Source: an uncultured virus (IMG/VR IMGVR_UViG_3300025922_000001)
Taxonomy: Duplodnaviria > Heunggongvirae > Uroviricota > Caudoviricetes
DNA length: 32,433 nucleotides
Reading direction: 5' to 3' (one strand)
Virus record (IMG/VR): IMGVR_UViG_3300025922_000001
The notes below the pieces were generated by a model that ran no database searches, was not told the origin of the DNA, and saw nothing but the letters and a program-made list of their open reading frames with translations. Of this stretch, positions 25,993 to 32,433 are shown one piece after another (the first letter of the stretch is position 1; every line of letters starts with the position of its first letter). Both the position numbers and the translations under genes were made by a program.

Positions 25993-27108
25993 ATGCGACC
26001 CGTCAGCACAAGATATTTGGAAGCACTTCGCGGTAGTCATAAGATGGTGGCTGACGCGCGCATTCTTACTACGTTTCAAACGGGTGTTGATCCGGATGGG
26101 ACAGAAATTCCTATCTTTGCTGGAGATGTTTCGTCAGACGCTAGTGCGTCAATTAGGTCCACGCTTGAGCTTGAAACTGACGGCACGCGTATGTGGTCGA
26201 CGATGCCTAGCGGATTGCTCACACCGTATGGTAATGAAATCTTCATTAGGCGTGGGATTGATTTTGGTGACGGCACACGTGAGTGGGTTAGTCAGGGATA
26301 TTTTCGTATCACTGACACTGATCAGAAGTCCAACGTCAATAATAAGATCAGCATTACTGCGTATGATCGTATGTCTAACATCGTCGATGCACGCCTTACC
26401 ACACCGCAGCAATTTCCCGCTGGCGTGCTTATTGGCGACATTATGCTTGAACTCATCACTGAAGTGTATCCTGACGCTGTCATCGAGTGGGATGATAGCA
26501 CCGATAGTGAGGTTCTTCGTAGGCCACTGATTGCTGAGGAAGACCGGTACGAATTTCTCAATGATCTCGTTATTTCGTACGGTAAGATCTGGTACTGGGA
26601 TTATCGTGGTGTTCTTATCATTAAAGACCCGCCGGATCCACTTAGCATTGTGTATGATGTTAATGCTGGTGAAGGAGGTGTGCTCGTTAATTTTGATCGT
26701 TCACTTAGTCGTGAAGGCGTGTATAACGCGGTTGTCGTTAATGGTGAAGGTGCCGACACCATTCCACCAGTTCACGTTGTCGTTGTTGATGGTAATCCAC
26801 AGAGTCCCACGTATTGGGATGGCCGTTTCGGCAAGGTGCCGAAATTTTTTACATCATCATTCATTACGACAACAGACCAAGCCGTCACCGCAGGCGAAAG
26901 CATGCTGCTTCAATCAAAAGGCTTGCCATACAACATTGATTTCGACACTGTGCCCAATGCGGCTCTTGAGCCACTGGACCCTGTAGGCGTCACTACGTCT
27001 GACGGGCAGGAAATTCACGTGATTGAAACACTTAATACACCACTCGTTGCAACCGATGTCCAGACTGCCACCACACGTGAGCAGACGATCCTGGCTCCGG
27101 TGGTGTAG
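25993..27108 (+). CDS. Minor tail / baseplate hub protein (DUF5047-like)
   Basis: MRPVS.RYL..LRGSH, IRSTL.L, LTPYGNEIFIRRG, EWV..GYFRI, SREGVYNAVVV.GE, SPTYWDGRFGKVPKFF.S, PNAALEP.D. Confidence 0.8.
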   Translation: MRPVSTRYLEALRGSHKMVADARILTTFQTGVDPDGTEIPIFAGDVSSDASASIRSTLELETDGTRMWSTMPSGLLTPYGNEIFIRRGIDFGDGTREWVSQGYFRITDTDQKSNVNNKISITAYDRMSNIVDARLTTPQQFPAGVLIGDIMLELITEVYPDAVIEWDDSTDSEVLRRPLIAEEDRYEFLNDLVISYGKIWYWDYRGVLIIKDPPDPLSIVYDVNAGEGGVLVNFDRSLSREGVYNAVVVNGEGADTIPPVHVVVVDGNPQSPTYWDGRFGKVPKFFTSSFITTTDQAVTAGESMLLQSKGLPYNIDFDTVPNAALEPLDPVGVTTSDGQEIHVIETLNTPLVATDVQTATTREQTILAPVV

Positions 27109-27110
27109 CG

Positions 27111-27806
27111 ATGACCGTTGACCGTACGTCTGATCTTACACCGAACCTTCAGCAACGGCTGAATACTGACATTGGTTATCACCAAGGTATCATTTCAAAG
27201 TGGGATGCGCAAACCGGTTCGAACATTATTGATATGGCGGGTACGCCACTTATTGACTTGCCGATGTTGAACATCACTGAGGCACTCGTTTTGAAGCCTG
27301 GCATGGTTGTCGGTCTACTGCGTTTCAAGCAGACTTACTTCATTCTCGGTCGCATTGTTGTGCCAAACCAACCTGATTTCTTTTCAGGTGTTATGCCTAA
27401 CATGACAACAACGTTGTGGCCTATTAACTCAGACGCAGCGACGCAAAACAACACTGTTGACTCAAAGTGGTACCCCAAGTGGGTGGGTGGCTTTGTCGTA
27501 AATCACCCTTCTCTTGCATTTGGTGCATCAAATGACATGAGTTCTGCTGGAGTGACTGGTAACTGGCGACTTCAGTGGTATCCAAATCGTGTTAATAATC
27601 AACCTGATCAATCAGGTGGAACACTCATCTTTGAGTCTGATGTTCTCACAGGTTCGCTTCTTTACGAAACAGGTGAATACGTCTGGCCAGTGGGTTTGCG
27701 AGGTAATCTTGTTTACCTATCTTTTGAAGTTCGTCTTACAGCAGCAGCGATTCCGGGCACTGACTGGATCGCCGTTCTACCCGCGTACCTCTTTGGTCAC
27801 GGATAA
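27111..27806 (+). CDS. Minor tail protein
   Basis: GYHQG.I..WD..TG.N.I...G....LP.L, L.PGMVV.LL......FILGRI N-terminal module; tail-tip position. Confidence 0.65.
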   Translation: MTVDRTSDLTPNLQQRLNTDIGYHQGIISKWDAQTGSNIIDMAGTPLIDLPMLNITEALVLKPGMVVGLLRFKQTYFILGRIVVPNQPDFFSGVMPNMTTTLWPINSDAATQNNTVDSKWYPKWVGGFVVNHPSLAFGASNDMSSAGVTGNWRLQWYPNRVNNQPDQSGGTLIFESDVLTGSLLYETGEYVWPVGLRGNLVYLSFEVRLTAAAIPGTDWIAVLPAYLFGHG

Positions 27807-27815
27807 GGAGTCATC

Positions 27816-28514
27816 ATGCCAGTTACTCCCACATATAACTTTCCCTATCCGGCACTAAGCGATTCGCCTAACGGACCTGCGCAAATCGGTGCACTTGCTC
27901 TCGCTGTGGAAGATGAGCTCGAGCGCATTGATAATGCGATCCTGCCGCAGGTTCCATGGGTAAGTTCGCTCGCCAGCATTGTAAATCCCATTTCTGGCAT
28001 GGTGGCATACCTCACGACGACAAGGAATTTTTACCGGTATGTGGGGTCTGCAACGTGGGTGCTTCTTGGCACCATTGGTGGTCGACTCCTCACAGGTGCA
28101 GGATTTGTTCATACAACTTCCGGCACCACTGAGCTGAATCTCACGAAGCTTGCACTTGAGAACACGCGTACCGAGAGCGGCACTTGGTACACGCTCAACT
28201 TGAACCTGTATTACAACAATGCCACGGTTGCGGCAGGCGATTCGTTCTTGATTCGTATCCGTAAAGACACTGCGCTGTCGGGTACCGTCATCGCTGAGTT
28301 TGTCGTGCGCCCTGAAAGTCCAGACACGTTTGATGGTTCAAGGACATTTGCGCAGCCGTGGTTTTCTGGTGCGCAGGACTTGGATGCTGACTTTTACGTG
28401 TCAGCACAGCGACAGGCGGGTACTGGTACGCTTGCGTTTTATGGTGGAAGTCGAACCGCATTTTGGATCGACGAGAAGACCGCTGACGGCGCGGTATGGT
28501 TCACCGTGGCGTAG
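27816..28514 (+). CDS. Tail fiber / minor tail protein
   Basis: MPVTPTYNFPYP..SD.PNG..QI.ALA.AV N-terminus, P.SGMVAYL.......RY.G..W motif, beta-rich C-terminus; SD AAGGAG. Confidence 0.65.
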   Translation: MPVTPTYNFPYPALSDSPNGPAQIGALALAVEDELERIDNAILPQVPWVSSLASIVNPISGMVAYLTTTRNFYRYVGSATWVLLGTIGGRLLTGAGFVHTTSGTTELNLTKLALENTRTESGTWYTLNLNLYYNNATVAAGDSFLIRIRKDTALSGTVIAEFVVRPESPDTFDGSRTFAQPWFSGAQDLDADFYVSAQRQAGTGTLAFYGGSRTAFWIDEKTADGAVWFTVA

Positions 28515-28556
28515 TACGATAGATCGTTCGAGGACGACTGCTGAGAGGACACCAGA

Positions 28557-28784
28557 ATGTCGAGCATGGACGGCCTGCGTAGTCAACTGGCTGAGGTTCG
28601 AGAGACGCTCAGGGATGTGGTAGGGCGCCTGGATGCTCTCGAGAGGAATGCTGTGACGGCAGAGGTCAAGCTGGCTGCGCTGGTTGAGACCAAGCCGCCG
28701 TTGAACGTTGAGACCAAGCAGCCGATGAACGTCGCAGGCAAGCCTCCGGTGGGCACCGGTGGTGTGGTGACGCGCAAGTCATGA
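28557..28784 (+). CDS. Hypothetical coiled-coil protein
   Basis: SD GAGGA, heptad-like LAEVRETLRDVVGRLDALE, ATGA overlap with the next gene. Confidence 0.55.
   Translation: MSSMDGLRSQLAEVRETLRDVVGRLDALERNAVTAEVKLAALVETKPPLNVETKQPMNVAGKPPVGTGGVVTRKS
28683..28730 (+). repeat. 24-bp tandem duplication (VETKPPLN/VETKQPMN)
   Basis: GTTGAGACCAAGCCGCCGTTGAAC then GTTGAGACCAAGCAGCCGATGAAC (2 mismatches). Confidence 0.85.
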
Positions 28785-29884
28785 AGGTTCACGTCTACCC
28801 CGGTGATCAGTGGGGTTGTGGTTTTCACCGGATGATTTGGCCCGCGCAATACCTCATTGCGCAGGGTCGTGACATCGACATCATTGAGCAGCAAAAGCGT
28901 CGCCTGATGATGGAGGTGGACGACCAGCACAATGTGCGTGACATCGAAATTCCTGGCGGTGTTGATGTCGTCGTGTTCCAACGAACCACGCATCGTTACC
29001 TCGCGCAGGCGGTGAAGATTCTTCGTAAGAAGGGCATCACCGTCGTCATCGATGTGGATGATGATCTTAGCACGATTCATCCAAGCAACCCCGCATGGAT
29101 GGAGCTCCATCCACGTCGCTCGAAGACCATGGGTCCAGATGGTCAACCGCACATGCATTCTTGGGCGAACATGGAAGCCGCGTGTCGTGAGGCTTCCTTC
29201 ATCACCGCAACGACACCCGCGCTCCTCAAGAAGTACGCACCCCATGGACGTGGTGCTGTGGTGCCGAACTACCTGGCACATCACTACTATGAGCACTCGC
29301 ACTTTGACTCAGACGTGATTGGCTGGCCCGCCTCATTGGGCTCTCACCCGAACGACCCCGATGCGGTGGGCAACGCCATCTCTCGTCTCGTCGATGAAGG
29401 TGCACACTTTCACGTTGTGAGCATTTCACCCGGTGTGGGTAAGGCATTCGGACTGTCCAGTGAGGATGACCTCACGCAACTTCGCACGCCGATCGCACTG
29501 AATAACTGGCCACGCGTGTTGGCTGATCAGCTTGGCATCGGCATCGCTCCACTCGCTGACACCAAGTTCAATGCAAGCAAGTCGTGGCTTAAGCCACTTG
29601 AGATGTCGGCCGTTGGCGTGCCTTGGGTCGCATCCCCTCGTGAGGACTACAGCCGTTTGCACAAGCTCGGTGCTGGCTGGCTCGCGGAGAAACCGAGCGA
29701 CTGGTACAGGAAGCTACGCGCCTTGCGAGGGAGTGCTGAGCTTCGAGCTGACTTGGCCGGTAAGGGTCGGGAAGTTGCCGAGACGTTGAAGCTGGAAGAC
29801 AACGCGTGGCGGTGGTGGGAATCATGGCGCACAGCTATTACGAGCGACATGAGCTACGACTACCGTCCGATCGCCATTCTCTAG
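28781..29884 (+). CDS. Glycosyltransferase (GT-B fold, GT4-like)
   Basis: GCGFHRM.WP, DVVVFQR, VIDVDDD, TTPAL, VVPNY, IGW, GIGIAPL.DT.FN.SKS.LK.LE.SA.GVP.VASP. Confidence 0.85.
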   Translation: MKVHVYPGDQWGCGFHRMIWPAQYLIAQGRDIDIIEQQKRRLMMEVDDQHNVRDIEIPGGVDVVVFQRTTHRYLAQAVKILRKKGITVVIDVDDDLSTIHPSNPAWMELHPRRSKTMGPDGQPHMHSWANMEAACREASFITATTPALLKKYAPHGRGAVVPNYLAHHYYEHSHFDSDVIGWPASLGSHPNDPDAVGNAISRLVDEGAHFHVVSISPGVGKAFGLSSEDDLTQLRTPIALNNWPRVLADQLGIGIAPLADTKFNASKSWLKPLEMSAVGVPWVASPREDYSRLHKLGAGWLAEKPSDWYRKLRALRGSAELRADLAGKGREVAETLKLEDNAWRWWESWRTAITSDMSYDYRPIAIL

Positions 29885-29972
29885 CCCTAGATGGGTCTGA
29901 GACTCTCGTCAGACAGAACAGACTGCCTGCGAGCCGAGAACTACGGCTACGCAGGCAGCTCTGTTTCTAGGG
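29885..29972. terminator. Structured convergence region / probable bidirectional terminator
   Basis: Long bulged hairpin GAACAGA-CTGCCTGCG-AGCCG...CGGCT-A-CGCAGGCAG-C-TCTGTTT (29916-29966) between convergent genes. Confidence 0.65.
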
Positions 29973-30434
29973 TGTTCTGGGGACATCACAACCGTGTCGA
30001 TGCATCCACTGACGAGTTGTCTCAACACCGCAAACCGGACACGGAATACGCGGCATCTTGTATCCCGATCTCCGTGACTTAGGCGAGGGTTTTTCCATTT
30101 CAACTCGCTTATGCCAAAATGGCAAGGGATCGTGTTGATTTTTGATGGCTATCTTAAGCATGTACTCTCTCGCCGCTGCGATATCGACGAAGATGAGGTT
30201 GCTCTTATAGCTATTGCACAAATGACAAGAGGCCACCCAATTGGCATCGTCATTGCTTTCGCAATAAGTGAACGGGATAAAGTGATCCCATTGCAACTCA
30301 AGCCATTGCCAATCATTGTTTCTGCGAACGACCAAATCTCCGAAGAGATGTCCACAGTAGAGACAACGATTATCTTGCTCTTCGAGCACGGCGGCTTGGA
30401 CGGCACCTGATGGGCGGCCTCTTGACACTACCAC
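29967..30434 (-). CDS. HNH endonuclease
   Basis: Q..RCLYCG, WDHFIP......DDANWVASCHLCN..KSN (HNH with CxxC pairs); extra C-terminal CPVCG. Confidence 0.85.
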   Translation of the reverse strand: MVVSRGRPSGAVQAAVLEEQDNRCLYCGHLFGDLVVRRNNDWQWLELQWDHFIPFTYCESNDDANWVASCHLCNSYKSNLIFVDIAAAREYMLKIAIKNQHDPLPFWHKRVEMEKPSPKSRRSGYKMPRIPCPVCGVETTRQWMHRHGCDVPRTP

Positions 30435-30437
30435 GTA

Positions 30438-31190
30438 TTATCCCCTGATCGCCTTGGTCTGCTTCAAACCGCGCTCGCCGGTGTTCGCCTTCTTGCCAGC
30501 AGCGTAGCCTGCCTGGCTCGCTTCCCAGCCGCCACCGGACATCTTGACCGACTTGCCCGGGGTGAGATTGAACTGCACGTTCGCCCAGTCATCCACGAGC
30601 TGACGACGATCGCGCAGAACGAGCTCGGTGCCGGGCTCGCTGGACTGCGTGTCAGCGATGATCACCCGACGAGACTCGGCGATGCGGGTCGCGGCGCCTC
30701 GTCCGAATCCCATGATGAAGGTGCGACGTGCCTTGAACTTCTGCATCGCGGTGTGACCGGTGGCATCGTACGTCTTCCACCACGTGGAGAGCGCCGACAT
30801 CAGCTGGAGCTGAAGTGAGGTGACGAGCACCTTCATCTGCTCGACGTCGCTCTCGTAACCCACGATCCAGAGAATCGCCTCATCCTTGGTCGACGCGTCG
30901 ATCGTCTTCGTTGTCTTAAACGCGTCAGCGATGTCGGCCATCGCGATGAAGACGGCCTTGCGGTACACGCCGGTGTAGACGATCTCGACCTTCATCATTC
31001 GCTCGTCCGACGCGTGGCTCTTGCCCGCGCGCTTCGCGTTAATCACGGCCTGCTCGATGCCGTACTTGAGCATCAGCTTCTCGGCGTGCTCGGTGAGTGC
31101 TTCAGCCTCGGCCGGAGTGGTCTTCTCGGCCTTCGCGAGCAGCTTCGCGATGCGGTCCTCGATCTTGGAGGTGTCCGGCTCAGTCATCAT
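30438..31190 (-). CDS. DUF2786-like domain protein
   Basis: RIAKLLAKAE.T...EAEA....AEKLMLKYGI N-terminus, IVGYESD, RRTFIMGF, ELVL, GY.AG; SD AGGAG. Confidence 0.75.
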   Translation of the reverse strand: MMTEPDTSKIEDRIAKLLAKAEKTTPAEAEALTEHAEKLMLKYGIEQAVINAKRAGKSHASDERMMKVEIVYTGVYRKAVFIAMADIADAFKTTKTIDASTKDEAILWIVGYESDVEQMKVLVTSLQLQLMSALSTWWKTYDATGHTAMQKFKARRTFIMGFGRGAATRIAESRRVIIADTQSSEPGTELVLRDRRQLVDDWANVQFNLTPGKSVKMSGGGWEASQAGYAAGKKANTGERGLKQTKAIRG

Positions 31191-31196
31191 GCTCTC

Positions 31197-31442
31197 CTAG
31201 GTTCCTTTTGGTGCAACGGGACTGACTTTATCACGGTGGTACTTCACATGTAAATAGGCAGCACGCATGCATCTGTCCCAGGCATGAACTGCGAAGTACT
31301 CGCTTGCCCATAGTGGATAGTAACGAGACGTGCGAGCCGGTCGACGAAACGCACGACCCTGACGATTCGTCCACGCGCGATCACACACTGGACAATACCA
31401 CTCCCAGAGGTTCTTGCTTCGCTTTCGTACGCGAATCTTCAC
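31197..31442 (-). CDS. Hypothetical basic protein with CxxC
   Basis: 81-aa ORF co-oriented with its neighbours and filling the gap; WYCPVC and HVKYH. Confidence 0.5.
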   Translation of the reverse strand: MKIRVRKRSKNLWEWYCPVCDRAWTNRQGRAFRRPARTSRYYPLWASEYFAVHAWDRCMRAAYLHVKYHRDKVSPVAPKGT

Positions 31443-31443
31443 G

Positions 31444-31521
31444 TACCCCTCGCAAGATTCGAACTTGCCATCTCGACGAGATCTTGACCGAAGGTCATCG
31501 AAAAGTCACCAAGAGAGGGGC
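31444..31521 (-). ncRNA. tRNA-like element without a canonical D arm or anticodon loop
   Basis: Minus strand: GCCCCTC/GAGGGGT 7-bp acceptor stem plus discriminator A, and a perfect T arm GCAAG-TTCGAAT-CTTGC. The interior has short hairpins TGACC-TTC-GGTCA and ATCTC-GTC-GAGAT. Confidence 0.6.
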
Positions 31522-31547
31522 TCACTGCGCTTTCGCGCAGCTCCTTG

Positions 31548-32054
31548 CTACGCGCCGCCGAGAAGCGGGACGTTGACCGCGGTCATCGGCTTTTCGCTGA
31601 CGATGTAGTCGAACGTCGTCTCGATCATGTTGCCGTCGGCGAGGAAGAAGAAAATCCCCGGATCCCCGTCACCGTAGGAACCGTCGTCCTGCGCTCCATC
31701 CACCACCGCCTGGGAGCACTGGTAGTTCCCGGAGGTGCCGCCGCAGTCCCAGATGATGTCCTGTGTAGGCGTACGCTGCGACCCGCTGGAAGAGATCTTG
31801 CCCTTGGCCACGTAGTAGCCCATAGGCTGACCGAAGTTGTACAGGTAGATGTACCGAACGGCGCTGCCGTTCTCCTCGCGCTTGCGCTTCTCCTCGAGGT
31901 TTTTCTTCTCGAGCGTGTCGCCCTGTGCCTTTTGGGCCTGTTGCTGGCTGCGGGCGATTGATTCTTCCGTCTGGCCAGTGCATGCCGTGAGGCCTAGTAC
32001 GCCGACGATCGAGAATAGTGCTGCGAACTTCTTCCAGTTCTTGAGCATGATCAC
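31548..32054 (-). CDS. Putative lipoprotein
   Basis: KNWKK, hydrophobic stretch, lipobox LTAC; YIYL..FG....YY..KGKISS..SQ.TP, DDGSYG....GIFF. Confidence 0.75.
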   Translation of the reverse strand: MIMLKNWKKFAALFSIVGVLGLTACTGQTEESIARSQQQAQKAQGDTLEKKNLEEKRKREENGSAVRYIYLYNFGQPMGYYVAKGKISSSGSQRTPTQDIIWDCGGTSGNYQCSQAVVDGAQDDGSYGDGDPGIFFFLADGNMIETTFDYIVSEKPMTAVNVPLLGGA

Positions 32055-32433
32055 TCCTTGCAGTCGGTTTCAGACTTGGTGGTGTCGATGACATCGGGCA
32101 GATCGGCGTCCTTGAAGTCCTTCTGCGAGAACTTGCGAGCCGCAGCGTTGTACGCACCCACCGCGTCGTTACAGATCATCTTCTGTCCGGTCAGCTCGGT
32201 CTTGAGCTTGACGCTGTCGGGCTGACCCTTAAGCGCTTCCGCCGTGAGAGTCAGGTTCTTGTCGGCCGTGAGGACCGCGTTCCACATGCCCTCGAAGCCC
32301 TCTTGTGCTCGGATACGATTGCGAGCATCGTTCTTGATGACCTCGGCGTCACCTCGACCCTTGATGTCGCTGGTGCCGACACCGAAGCCCCAGTGCGCGA
32401 TGCCGATGCTGCCGAAGACGACGATCACCACGA
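32051..32433 (-). CDS. Membrane-anchored protein (5'-partial)
   Basis: Hydrophobic N-terminal segment running off the window edge, helical body, C...V..YNA.ARK......D.DLP..ID....C; ATGA overlap with the lipoprotein gene. Confidence 0.6.
   Translation of the reverse strand, partial: VVIVVFGSIGIAHWGFGVGTSDIKGRGDAEVIKNDARNRIRAQEGFEGMWNAVLTADKNLTLTAEALKGQPDSVKLKTELTGQKMICNDAVGAYNAAARKFSQKDFKDADLPDVIDTTKSETDCKE

Noticed and set aside
29895..29970. Hammerhead-like GAAA...CTGACGA words on the minus strand
   Set aside because: Only about 4 nt are available for stem I and the stem II closing pair is missing, so the core cannot be built.
29891..30410. Plus-strand ORFs 29891..30082 and 30111..30410
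   Set aside because: They overlap the terminator structure and the clearly recognisable minus-strand HNH gene.
31444..31521. Canonical tRNA gene call
   Set aside because: No D stem and no 7-nt anticodon loop could be folded; reported as tRNA-like instead.

Overview
The window is a contiguous stretch of a tailed dsDNA phage or prophage genome, probably a siphovirus of an actinobacterial host. Its head genes resemble the cluster-B mycobacteriophage type as I recall it: DUF1360-like gene, portal, MuF, maturation protease, and separate capsid hexamer and pentamer proteins. The plus strand (1-29884) carries a methyltransferase and nucleotide-sugar dehydrogenase, two cell-wall hydrolases (GH25 and amidase), the large terminase, the head and tail modules and a glycosyltransferase. 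The minus strand (29967-32433) carries an HNH nuclease, a DUF2786-like gene, a small ORF and a lipoprotein/membrane-protein pair. Most notable: (1) a [LVI]-[TVAS]-A-[AS] motif recurs about 12 times in head proteins, mostly at domain borders, suggesting protease-processed polyproteins. (2) The apparent cargo is a MuF fusion with seven ~75-aa repeats and an R-STS-ExE ADP-ribosyltransferase, plus an adjacent 2H phosphoesterase. (3) An anticodon-less tRNA-like element abuts a start codon. (4) Sugar-modification genes flank the virion module. All protein calls come from motif recognition by eye; no searches were run.
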